DNA of 64,000 bases, from positions 9,982,001-10,046,000 of the forward strand of contig OZ059900.1 of NCBI GenBank assembly GCA_964057225.1, written 5' to 3'. The DNA is from Auanema rhodensis. Lineage: Eukaryota > Animalia > Nematoda. Below, piece after piece: positions 11,954 to 24,464 of the stretch (positions are counted from its first letter, which is position 1; the number at the start of each line of letters is the position of its first letter). Under the pieces are notes generated by a model. That model saw only the letters and a program-made list of their open reading frames with translations, searched no databases and was not told where the DNA came from. The translations under genes were made by a program, and so were the position numbers.

Positions 11954-13103
11954 TTAATGTAGATAGAAGCTCAACGATGCTGGATACTTCAAAAAACTTG
12001 GATCAACACTCAATTTCACCTTTAAGAAGTGAACTTTTTTAAATAGCCTCGTATATTTTCGATCCAGTTGGATGTTCCGCTCATGTTGCTCATTCATTTG
12101 GCTCAATAATATCTTCACCTTCTTCATATTTATTATCAATGCATCATCACTCTGCAATGTATTCAAACTTTGACCTTGTTCTTATCATTCCGTCTATCTT
12201 CCATCTTTTTAGTCTCTTCTTATACAAAAAAAGGTATTTATTTCTTCCATACTATCTCACTCATACCATGCATGTCGGTCAAACGTACTTGCTTTTGAAC
12301 TCGATCGACCAATTTCTTCAAGTATTGTAAACGATTGCTTTGGAACTGTTGAATCAATTCGTTTTTCATCTTCTTTTCCATCTCACGCCTATACGTTTCC
12401 AGTTCTATTCGATACAGCTGTGATGTTTCTGAAAATTTTGGTGAAATCCTAGCAAATCACATGTCCATAATTCTTATTTTCTTAACTTTCATATGATAAT
12501 CCATTTTTATTTTATTTTTTATTTTTTCATTTTATTTTATAAATGTAAAATAATATATTTATGGTTAACCTTTATAATCTGAAGACATTTGCATCAAGCG
12601 CTCACAAGTATCGATCAATAGTTTTCCCAAATCTTTTTGAATTTTGATCAATTCTATGTAGAATTCATCCAAATGACTAATGAGAATATCTTCATTTCTA
12701 TCCTTCATATTCACCATCTCAACCGCAATCAAATCACTAAATGATCTTTCATTGTTTATACCTATACATTTAACCTTTTTCATAAAAATATAATTAATTA
12801 TAGTTTCAAAAATCATACGTTAATTGCATAATATAGTCAAAAAATTATCTAAAAGTTGTCTTTGATAGACAAAAGATTGATTATATAATAACAAAATTGA
12901 ATCGAACATAGAACAAACCTATTCAATGGTTGTAATTTCTTTCCTTTTCCTGCATTTTCAATTTTTTGAATGAAATCATCACGAAAACAGTGAATAAAAG
13001 CTTCATGCTTTCTTGCTACCAATCTATAGGATTCAATGACAGCTTGTAATTGTGATTGAGCATTGTATAGCGAATCTATTTCATATGAAGTATTTGATGA
13101 CAT
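11954..13103 (-). pseudogene. Orphan helical/coiled-coil gene or pseudogene (possible family C copy)
   Basis: Consecutive minus-strand coding-like blocks at 12849-13103, 12565-12816, ~12428-12220 and 11954-12166. Splice phases could not be fully reconciled. Confidence 0.4.
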
Positions 13104-13957
13104 TAGTGAAAAATGGAATAGTTATGTATAAATATAGTTAGTTTAAAAATTTTAATATATTTTTGAAGTGAGTAATATTGAAAGGTTAAATATCCTGAGT
13201 AAGTCAAGCATACTCTAATTCTTATATGCTTCATTAAACTATATACTATTACTACTATAGGTTAAAAATATAATATTATAGTTAAAGCATGAGAACGATT
13301 ATTTTCAAAATAAGAGATGAAGGAACAAATTTTGAAATTGAAAATAACATTTTGTCATCATAAAATGATGATAATTCCTATATTCATCAACAGTATTCAT
13401 TTATTTTTGATAACATATTTGAACCTGCTATCACGTTCTTGTACCTTATTTGTTATCTTAACATTCCCTTTTTCGGTACATCATGCCATAATCATGTCTT
13501 AAGGAACAATATTTCTATTTCACATGCTTATCATGTGATTAAAATCAACCATTTTAATTCACAAAATTATTCGTCTAAATGTCATTAATGCATTTGTCAT
13601 CATTTTTTCGTTTTCAATCTATCATATAATATAATCAATATATTTATGTGTTTTAATCGAAAAATAGTATAAAAATCAATGAGGGATCATACAGAAATGA
13701 AAAAAAAAAGATATTGGCTGCTAATTACAATCATGCGATAAATTCAATACATTAAAGAGAGATATGCATTTAAGAGTAGAGACGGAGAGGGGGCAAAGTA
13801 CTAGTGTATGGAAATTATTTTATGTATTTAAAAGAGAATTAGAGATTAATGAAAGAATGATAAAAACATAGCTAATAGTTGAGATTTCAGAGAGAATACA
13901 CATAATTCTATAGTTTGTATGATGTAGTGATTCTATCTGCCTTTCTATCTTTTCATT

Positions 13958-13963
<6 letters not shown>

Positions 13964-13988
<25 letters not shown>

Positions 13989-14001
13989 GGCTCTCTCTCT
14001 C
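13964..14001. repeat. (CT)n microsatellite upstream of the bZIP gene
   Basis: Directly visible. Confidence 0.9.
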
Positions 14002-14247
14002 TTTTGTTGTATATAATATGTGCGCGGCAAATGCTTGTATGTATCTATACATATGAAAAGCTGTGTGTAGCGCATATCGTTCTCTCTATCTATCGTTGCT
14101 TCTTTATCGGAAAAACGTTATACTCGGCTGACCATTCGTTTATACGCCACTTTTAGCAGACGCCTGTTCAACCCGTCCGCTTCTCTCATCATCCTCTCTG
14201 TGTCTGTTTCTTCGACCGCTCGTCAACCAATCTTATTGATTTTTGAA

Positions 14248-14634
14248 ATGGCTCACACATATCTGCATCGTGTAAGTTTATATTAATTATATATGTTTAA
14301 ATGAGAATTAAAGTTAAAAAAAGATTATTTTTGATCCAATTTAGAATTATTTCGATTCAATTACAGTTCAAAAAGTTCATTCTATGATAAACTATTTCCG
14401 TTTCCTTATCACATTTCGTTTAATCATTGATTGTTCTTTAGACACCTTCTCCACCTGCATATTCTAGCTTTAACAACATCACTACCTCTGTAGCCAATAC
14501 TTTCACTACTCCCTGTTGTCAAGTAAGTTTTTGAATCAGAATATAGTATTGATTATTTTCCAGCATACTATTTGTTTTTTTAAAGCATTGTTAATTATTT
14601 GAAATTATAGGAAAGCATGTGTTGGGTTTGTTGA
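14248..14634 (+). CDS. Spliced upstream overlapping ORF (42 aa) of the bZIP gene
   Basis: Exons 14248-14271, 14442-14522 and 14611-14634, both donors GTAAGT: MAHTYLHRTPSPPAYSSFNNITTSVANTFTTPCCQESMCWVC*. Confidence 0.65.
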
Positions 14635-15516
14635 GGCTGCAACCCCCGAAATTAGTAATTACAATACAAGCTTTGTTCCAACTCATCCATATTCGCTGCC
14701 TGAATTATCCATTCATTCCGATTTTACTTCATATAATCCTCAAGAACAACAACAATCGATCAATACTTCAATCAATCCATCAACATATATTTCATCAGAC
14801 AATTCATACACATCACCATCATGTATAAACTTTGATAATCAATTATCTTTATCGCCGAGCTATCGCTTACAAGAAAAGGTATTTTCATACAAATATACAA
14901 ATCATTATATCATCTTTATAGAATGAGATATTAGAAGAAATCGTTCGAGAATGCGAAGCCATTATCGATAGACAGTCCTCTTCATCACCCAGTTGCTTAT
15001 CACCAACATCATCCTTCTCATCCTTGGTTAGTTTATGCTGTTTTTATAAAGTATAGTAAACATGACATTCTCAATTTGCCAAATTTAAACACCTTCTATG
15101 ATGAAAAAGTGTGAAAAATAATTTTTTCTTCCAGGAATCATCACCAGAACCATCATCTGATGGTAAACCTGTTCATCGTGTTCAACGGAAAAAGGTATTA
15201 TATAAACTTTATATTACACATAGGCTGATTATTATATATTTTTGAATATTTTATAATTATTTTTACAGGAGCAGAATCGAGCTGCTGCTATTAGATATCG
15301 TGAGAAAAAGCGGAAAGAACGCGATGAGCAATTTTCCGTTATGAACGATTTACAAGTAATTAACAAGCAATTGCGTGGAAAGGTTTTATATAGTCTTCTC
15401 TAATCTATCTTATTTTATTTTTTTTCAAGGTTGATGATATCTCTCGCGAAGTGGCTGTTATGAGAAAGTTAATTATAGAATTAGGAATTAGTCCAGAAAC
15501 TGACCGGCTTACATAA
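14248..15516 (+). CDS. ATF4/ATF5-family bZIP transcription factor (atf-4/zip-3-like)
   Basis: Exons 14611-14878, 14922-15026, 15135-15194, 15269-15382 and 15430-15516 encode EILEEIVRECE and RKKEQNRAAAIRYREKKRKERDEQFSVMNDLQVINKQLRGKVDDISREVAVMRKLI, an ATF4-type basic region and zipper. Confidence 0.9.
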
Positions 15517-17112
15517 AACACATAGTTATGTCTAACTTATGATCTGAATTGTTGTTTTTACATATAATAATAACCAGCTAACTATTTAACTATATCTTCT
15601 ATTCATATATATTTTATAATTTTTGTATTGGAACACAAGATTTGTAAAGTAATCCTACATTTTTATGCTTGTTTTTTTTCTAAAAAGGGGGAAATAAACA
15701 AAGAAAATAACTTATTTATTGATCAAATATTCTTCAAACTATACAAAAAAAGTTTGAAAATGAATTATAATCTGGTAAAATCGCAACAATTTGCAAGAGA
15801 ATTACTTAACAGATGGTTAATGCTCTAAACTTCTTACAGAAATGCCGCCCTCATCAATGTCTCGAAAAAGAATTCGAAGACAATTTTAATATAGCTGACT
15901 ACTTGCTTAATGATGCCAGCGTAATTAAATGTTGTGCCAGCCTCTTCTTATACTCCCAACGCAACAATACACTCGTTTTCTTCATCATGATCTAAGTTAG
16001 ATCAATTTTTGGTCAACAGACGGACAATTTGTTTGTGAACTAATAATTTTCTTTGCATTTTTCATAAGTTTAGCTTTTCAAGTTACTTTGAATGTTTTAT
16101 GGATTTAGTTTTTCTTTTAATCTTAAAAATTCTCATTCAATAAAGAAATTGGATTTATACATTCAGTCTTGGCAAACTTTAACAGCTGAGACCGCTCCTA
16201 TTTAAACTTAACCAACTTCAAAATAGTTCAAACAACATTATATCACAAGAAGCCTGTAATTTTATTTTTTTTCTTCGTTCAACAATTTAATTATTTCGTT
16301 TTTTATTTTTTTTGATTGATAAGTATAGGAAGAATGAGATTTATGGAAGCTTGACCCTGTAATTCTTACTGCAATTTTCAAAACTTTAGTACGTCGTACT
16401 CAACATATCCTTTTTCGACGAAAAAAAGATGAAGCTTCTTGTAAATTTCTATTCAATTTTGATAGCGAAAAGAGTTTTTCTTCTTCTTTCAAACACAGAC
16501 ACAATGTTTGATGAATGTCTTTTGGCACTGCCATCATTGGGCCAGTAAGATCCGCCTTGTTATATTTGGTTGCTTCTTTATGAAAGAAAAGAAAATTCAG
16601 AGAGCAATCAAATCAGTGGACTTCTTCTTATTCTTCCTTTTCTAAAGCTAGTGGACATGCGTGAATATCTTAAATTAGGCAACAAGCCTTCAACAAGTTC
16701 TATGGGGCAGATGGTTTCGTCTCCAGAGATTGCACAAATTTCTCATCGTCTTGTACTAGCCACTAGCACTTTGCGTGTCAAAAATTGTGAAAAAGTTCAA
16801 GCTATTGGCTTAGCCAGATTTGACGCGGGTTTTTCTTACAATTTTTTTAACTTTTTAGCTCTCGTAATTACATGAGATCATGTACTATTCCAATTTTTCA
16901 AATGCAATAACTACTAGTAAGAGATCTTGCATTTTCATTGTGCATGATCTTGGGTCTTATGCTCAAGTTGACAACTATTTCAGTCAAACTTTTTCAATTT
17001 TGGCCATATTTAACAAATGTTTTCTTGAAAATTTTGTAGAGATTGAAATATACGCATATTCTATGATTTTACAAGTTTAGCTACTTCATTCTATATTCAT
17101 TAATGTTTACAG

Positions 17113-17545
17113 ACATTATGCCCCAACCATATGCAATTAACGTCACCCAGTTTCCGGGATTTGACGCGCAGACACCTGGACCACCAGTTCGAGGAGGCGG
17201 CTTTTTTGGAGCTGTAATAAGCCAGATTATCTTTATTTTAAAAAAAAATCAAAACTTTTACAGGGATTATTGCGTCCCCGGCCACTACAGCCAACAAACT
17301 CAAAAAAGAAAACATATTCAATGGCACCACTTTCGGAAGCTGATAGTCAAGATGAAGCTGAAAAATATGTCAGTATCTCTTCTGCTTCTACCTTTTGGTT
17401 ATTTTTACCCCTCATTATCGCTTTTCAGTCACTTTTGACAAATGAACGTGGGAAGCTTTCAAATAGTGGAATAAGACGAGGGAAATTCTATCAAATGTCA
17501 CAAGATGAAACATTTGATCTACTATATTATTTGAATCAAGGTTAG
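17113..17545 (+). CDS. 3' exons of a small protein with a hydrophobic segment near the C-terminus (TM/GPI-like); 5' end unresolved
   Basis: TTTACAG acceptors at ~17112 and ~17263 give ...PQPYAINVTQFPGFDAQTPGPPVRGGGFFGA|GLLRPRPLQ...TFWLFLPLIIAFQSLL. Confidence 0.4.
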
Positions 17546-20512
17546 TTAAATTTTCAATTTCAGAATTATTGACATTTGAAGTAGAGTAATCGATATTATA
17601 ATGCATATCGTCAACAGAAAATGTTATTTTCCTTCTTTTTTATTTGAAATAATCGTTCTGTGCTACATCCTCAATGTGACTTGAAATGAGATGATTCATT
17701 TGTATGCATCATATCATACATTCATCTTTTCACTCTTGAATATTTGTACTCTTAGCCGGAACAGATGAAAAAAAAGAACAAAAACGAGTATGTAAAGTAT
17801 TAATGAAGGCAAAAAGGAAGCCAATTCATGTAGAAACTTTATTGATATTCACTTTTTATTCAAAACTTTTAAACTGACATATTGAACTTTGAGTAGATAT
17901 GCATAGCATAAGCATTTTTATGAATAAGAACAAGAGAGCTATATGAACTATTATACATAGTATATGCAAAAATTATAATACACAGTCTTCAAAAATTTTG
18001 GTATTTTGAAAGATAAATACGTTAAAGGATCTTAGAAGTATGCTTAGCCTCAACAAGAAAAGCAGCTCATACAAGCAGATAGTTGTTCCTTTTTTTGTTT
18101 TTTGTTGCCATCTTCATATTCTCTTCGTTATTTTTTTGTTGAAAAAAGTATAAACGAATGTTGGAATTATCTATTTTTTCTTCAGCTCACAAGTTGATTC
18201 CTTTTTTTCCTATTTTTAGTTACAAAGACAAAAATTTACGAAAAAAAAGGATACAAATGATGCTGCAATCGTATATGACATGACACCGTGGTTCATTCTC
18301 AAGCTGCTGTATGTGCAGTTGAACCATTTTGTATTATGCTAGCTCTTCAATATGTTCTGTTATTGCTGTCTAAAAATCATGTAATGCCTACACTTCCATT
18401 TATTATGTCACAATGAATGGCTTTCATGATTTCTGAAACAGTTAAACGGACACAGTAATGAATAATTAAATCGTAGACCGCACTGAGTAAGAAATTGAAG
18501 AATATATCCTATAATCTCAACAGCATTCATCCACAACATCCATTTATTGTTCTATTATTTTATTTATATTTTAATATATATACATAAATATATATTTTTT
18601 CTAATAGTTAGCTATTTCGAGAAAAAAAATACTATTGAAAAATCAATAAATCTCAAAAATTCACTTGCGAATAATTTTTTTTCGACCTACTATACGCTAT
18701 TTGATCTATATGCCAATGCTATTTTGCTTTTTTTCGCTAAATTTCTTGTTTGTTTGTCTATTTACATAAACCAAATTTATAAAAAAAACCTGGTTTTAAA
18801 AAGATTGCTTCATTTAATGATTGGGCTATTGCTTGAATGTAAATTTTTCACATTTTTTTCGCTGCTTTTTCATCTCTTCTACTGACCAGTCATCTGTCAT
18901 TATGTCATTCCTCCCCCCTTTATACTCATGTTTGATATCGGTTAATGATCATTGTCTGTGCACATTTATAAGAAGTGCTGGCAAGTTTTTATCCGAAACT
19001 TGTCGTTTTCATCTTTTTTCGTGCTTTTTTTCTATTTGTAAGGGGATTATATTGGAATTTTTTAATTTTATTCATCTAATCTTATGAATAAACTATATGA
19101 ATGGCTTTTTTATATTTCCACATAAAAGCATTAGATTAAATGAAGTTCATCTCTCTATGACCTTTCATGTAGCTTTGTTGTATTTCATCAAGAAACTGCT
19201 TAGACGTTTAGTAATTATTGCACTCATGACTTAGATGAGAATAGTTAGAAGCCTATAAGTCCATCTATCTAAATAAGAGATATATTATACAGATGTAGGT
19301 TATGGTTTATAAATAGACGAACATTCGAAATATAAACATAAAAGTCTTTTCTCACCCAAATTCAACGAAATACACAGCAAGTCAACAGGCAAATCTGTTC
19401 TCCTTGCTCTGTTAGTTTCATATGAGCCATCCATTTGCTACTTTTCTCTTCATAGTTTTTCAATTTCTCTAAATCTCTCATATTCTTTCAAACATATATT
19501 TTCTTTTTTCTGTTCTCTCACATTTGTTCTTCTTCAACACCAACAATATACATGGATTGGAGCAGAAGGAAGAACACGTCGCCTTTCCCCCCACTCCACC
19601 ACCACCAACACTCACTTACTCGGCATATCTATATTATGAAGAGAATAAGGAACAAGAGAGAATAAGAGAACAAGACAAGAGAAAGATGATGATGATGATG
19701 GGAGCAAGAAAAGCTAAGCAAAACTCATGTGTGTTCCCCGAATACTCAGAAGCAAGTGCCCTAATCCTATCTGTTATTCTTCCTTTCAATATAACTCTTC
19801 AAGTCATTTTCGGCCTGTATCAAGTGTTCTTGTTCTGCATTGTCAAAGACAGCAAAAGCCTTACACTTGGAATCAATTTATGAACTTTTTTTGTCATTCA
19901 ATTCATATAGGCTGTTCAATTTTATAGTTTACACTTGAAAGATAAATATCCAGCATCTTTTTGTGTATTGTTTTTTTCATTTTATAAAAATTGTCTTATT
20001 TCGTTCATTTTTTTGAACTCAAACAAGGACTTTTTTCACATTACTATGTGAAGCAGGAGACGCTTTACTGATATCATTTAACAAAATGTTCTCATTATTA
20101 TGTTCGTTTGTTCTATTGATTAACGTAACTATTTTAATTCAGACATCTGCTTGACCTTTGATATAACTTGTAAGGAAAAGCCATAATCATTGAGCTAGAT
20201 TATACAACCATTGTGGTTGTTGTTACTATCCAGTTTTCTTTTTGAATTTTGTGAAGCTTAATTCAAAATATTCAACTATATTCTTCATTCTTCTATATAT
20301 TCAGCTTATCTATATTTTATTTTATAGTATAATTAGATTAATTATAACATATAGTTATACAGAAAAATATATAGTATATATCATATTATTCATTATCAAC
20401 TTAATCTGCAAAAAAAGGAGCTGAAACCAGCGAACCGTTAACTCAACTCAACCGACATCGTTACTTCCTTCTGTTGGGCAACAGCTTCTGCATAAAGTTT
20501 CTATATTATCTA

Positions 20513-20564
20513 ATGGAACATAAAAAGAAACTTCTACGTAAAATGGTCATATTTGACATGCCGG
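20513..20564 (+). CDS. Putative alternative first coding exon of the TWK channel gene
   Basis: ATG...MEHKKKLLRKMVIFDMP followed by a phase-1 G|GTAAGT donor. Confidence 0.45.
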
Positions 20565-21264
20565 GTAAGTTTTATTTGTTCTAAAACTCTTAGACATAGT
20601 GGTGAAAATAAAATATGTTGCATACATTCATCTACACATAGTTATAATAGTAAAATGCTATAAATATAGACTTTTTCCATTAAATTGTTGCATACCAATA
20701 TCTTTCTATTACATTCTCTTCTCATTCTTATTCTCATTCTTTTTCTCTCTCTTTCTCTATCTCTCTAACTTGCTCTTCCTCTCCTAGCTTCCCCTTTTCC
20801 ATCTGTATTGCAATCGTTTCTAAATTACTTTGAATGCCACAGCAAAACTTAATGGAATAAGAGAAAGGTTAATGTACCTCTCTGATCGACGTCCACCCCC
20901 CACCCGCTTTCAAATAAAGCAACATGGAGAATTAGGACTGAAAAATAGAAAGAAAGAGAGAGAGAGAGAGAGCAATGTATTTTAACTAACTGACAGACTC
21001 TAAGAACGAAAGGTTAACAGACAGCAGTATCTCTGCGGGGTACATTGTGCACAGCCTCCCCCCCCCCTTTCTCCTATAAAAGTAAAAACGTAGAAGCACA
21101 ACTAACGGACTTCTTATACTGCCGTACAACATTCAACCAGAGCCAAGTAAATCTAGCTACTTGTCCATTCTTATGAGTTTTCATGCAGTTTTGTTGATGT
21201 AATTAGCCAAGTCATCCCTTCAAAAAATATAATATTGGACTAATCTGTGTATTATCATCTTGAA

Positions 21265-22260
21265 ATGCCAGGACAATCGCATAATTCTAAGTCAACTATG
21301 TGTTCTCGGGTTCAAAAGGTATGTTATTATTAAATTGTTTTGTTTTAATTAAGTAACCGCACAACACTTTCACTACTAAGAATAGTAATTTCTATAAATT
21401 CTTCAAAATATTAATTTTTCATGAATTTTGCTCAGTATAAGCTAATTTATATCTAAGTTATAATAAAATCTTTTTTAATTCAAATATCATTAAATTAAAC
21501 ATAAAATTATATTTATAGTTACTGTAATAGTTTTAATTTCGAATATATATCTAATACTTTCTCTTCTTCTCTTCCTATATGAGAAATCTGTTGTGTTTAG
21601 CACATTACTGTATTTTAAATTCTATCTAACATACTTCTTGAGTTAATTATATTTTTTTGCACTTTTTTTAATAGACAAAAGAGGTTTTGATATTCTTTTG
21701 TCTTTATGGTACAATAAAACAAAAGCTTTCTGGAAATCTGGTTGAATACGCATAGTTCTCACACATTGTTTTAATTTCTAAGTGATTCAATAGGTTTTGA
21801 TACGTGGTCAGTATTTTCCTAAATTGCCTTTCATTTCAATAAAATGAAAACCTATTTCCTTATGTTTCAAAAGTGCAGTTTTTCTTATATTTTTTCGTGT
21901 GAAAAGTACAATAAACTTTGGTCTATCGTACTAAACTGTGATTCATAACCGGAACTTATTAAGAAGCTTTAACAAATGTACCGTAAATTCCTCTTAGAAT
22001 ACTTTGTTCTTATTTCACATTTAGCATGCATTTTGCATTTTTATTATTTTTTATCAATAAGCTAATTATGTGTTAATTTTGGGCGCCAGTCTTTGTCACA
22101 TGGGCTTTGCGCTGTGTGCGTGATTCTCTTGTACAAATAGATCCAATATCATCCGCGATTACGTATGATTCATCATCATCGGCTAATAAGGCATTGCCGA
22201 CCATATCTCGGACACCATTGTTACTACAATTTACACCATTTGGTGCGGCAACTAATTCAT
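21265..22260 (+). CDS. Putative two-exon alternative 5' end of the TWK gene (21265-21318; ~22083-22260)
   Basis: MPGQSHNSKSTMCSRVQK|GTATGT, then ...WALRCVRDSLVQIDP...RTPLLLQFTPFGAATNS with a phase-1 GTGAGT donor. The acceptor of the second exon is unclear. Confidence 0.45.
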
Positions 22261-24331
22261 GTGAGTTTTCTATACAAATATTTACAATGCATAATAGCAT
22301 AATATTTAATCATATTATATGATATAGTTAATTCAGTATAATTATATGTTGATTATATAAGTTTGCGCTTCAAACTATGTACTAAAAGTTTCTTTTGTTT
22401 CTCATTAGGTTTTGGCAGTTTTGTGAAGGTGAACTTGTATTCCTTATATAATATTTTATGAGAAACTGGCCTTAACTAATCTGTATGTAGTTTATTATAT
22501 ACTATATGATATAATATAAAGAGTTAGCAAGCATAAAAGGCATTAAATCTAAAAGGAAGTACCGAATATGAGCACTTTATAGCAAAATCATTCATGTGAA
22601 TACTAATCGCGAGATATGTCCTCTTATGCTCATTGTAGTTGAAATTAAAAGAAAAAAGGGACGAAAAAAGAAGAATTTAGCAAGAAAATTATGAGATAAA
22701 GCCAGTTATTGCATTCGAGATTTTGCAGACAGACGATAAAATGCCAACTAAGTTTTTGATGGCCTTTAGAGATGTTGAGGGCACAGAGATATAAAGTAGC
22801 TAAGAGATTCCGATGTATAGATGAAGTATAACAAGTTGAAAGAGAAGTTCTAGAGAGACAGGAGAAGCAAAAGAACGAAAGTCAAATGAGATATTTTGGA
22901 CTTATTCCGAATAGCTCTTGGCGGGATTTTGAGCCTAAAAAGAGTCTTTAGCTGAGAGTTGTATGGCTTAAATTGTCGTCAGGGGAGTACTCATGAGTAT
23001 TGGAGTAATGTGATGTTTTTTCATATTTTCTGATGAAGCTCCCAGAGCGATTTAGCACTCTTCTGCTTCAACTTTTTTTTCTCGTATGGCGGCCTCCTCA
23101 ACGTCTACAAACGCATTGTGCCTGCAAGCTGGAATATCTTGATAGAAAAGGCGCATGATGAACGAAGCTCTGCATATAGTTATAGGCTCAGTGGCTTTGA
23201 TGCATTTTTTTGGTTGAAAGCCGAAAGGAAGGTCTACAGGGTTCATATGTGCACGTTTGTCAAAGTCCAAAAAAAGCCGAGAACATTGCCTTGTCAGAAA
23301 GAAAAAAGTGCTTCCGCTTCACAATTCGATATGGAAGAAATCAGTGAAAGATTGATGAAAACATGATGATGTATGAGAGCTATTGCATCATAGATCATCA
23401 TATCCGATGTAATCGCCAAAATCTCAAAAATTCTTTTTTTTTTTAGAAAAAAAAACTGTAGTTTATGGCTTGATCTAACCCTCCCTCTTTCTTCTTTACT
23501 CAATTTCACTCCCTTACAATCGTTTTTTACAAACAGTCAGCCAGCAGTCTGATAATTCAGGTGGCAGTAGTGTGCTGGATGAATCGTGTGAAAGATTGCA
23601 TCTCTTCTTCTGAACTTTAGCAATCATCTTAGCTGACAGCCAATGCAGATTTTTGTTTTCTTGATCTAACACTTATCCTTCACCCTCCCTTCTTTTAGCT
23701 TACATATCTATCTGTTTCTTTCTCTTCATTGCTCTTAATAGATGAAAGATGATGCGTCAAAGGCTGGCAGTTTTTAGGAATGACGAGCCGTTATGCACTC
23801 GAGGCAGTTTTGCTGTCCATCGAGACAATCTAGGATATGCTCATGATGATTTATCTGATATTGCTCTTGGTCTAATGACCGTCCGAAGTTGTCCGATTGC
23901 GACTTCTCAGCAAGAAATAACCAGTGGCTATCTCTCTATTCGTCTAAAAAGATACCAAATCACAATCCGCTTTATCAACGTTCCTGTTCCAGCTTTCCGT
24001 TCACTTCGTTTTTTTTATATTTTTCAAATTTCTTTTTTGGATATACCTTTGAGAATACTTGAGCGATCTCAGAATTTTTGTGTTCCAGCCTGAAAGAGAG
24101 CATTTTTCGTAGGAAAAAAACTTTTTTTCACCCTTTAAACTGACAATGATTATAAATCAGAGTTTGCATAGTTTAAATATGAGATCAATCTGGTATAATA
24201 AGTTTTATTTATGTTATTTCTTCAAAAGTTTTCAAGTTCTTTCATATATAATTCATAACTTTCTCATAATTTACTGTACAATTTGTGTTGTAATTCGGTT
24301 AACACATATATATTTAACTAAATATTCAGAA

Positions 24332-24464
24332 ATGAAAATGATGAAGTTCATAGATGCCGAATCATATAATTCATACTCTGACAGTCAAAGTGTCAGTTCA
24401 TGGGATGTGTTCAGTACACCATCCGATCCAAATATATTTTCTCGGTCCATCACTTGTTTTGTTG
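24332..24464 (+). CDS. Putative alternative first coding exon of the TWK gene (GC donor)
   Basis: ATTCAG acceptor just before ATG; MKMMKFIDAES...ITCFV followed by phase-1 G|GCAAGT. Confidence 0.45.

Noticed and set aside
14619-14828. His/Ile-rich ORF overlapping bZIP exon 3
   Set aside because: Third reading frame of the exon, with a non-ATG start and a stop before the donor; it cannot lead to the bZIP domain.
23052-24093. ORFs 23052-23270 (-), 23118-23366 (+) and 23749-24093 (+)
   Set aside because: No recognisable motif and no convincing splice donor in the phase needed to join the TWK gene.
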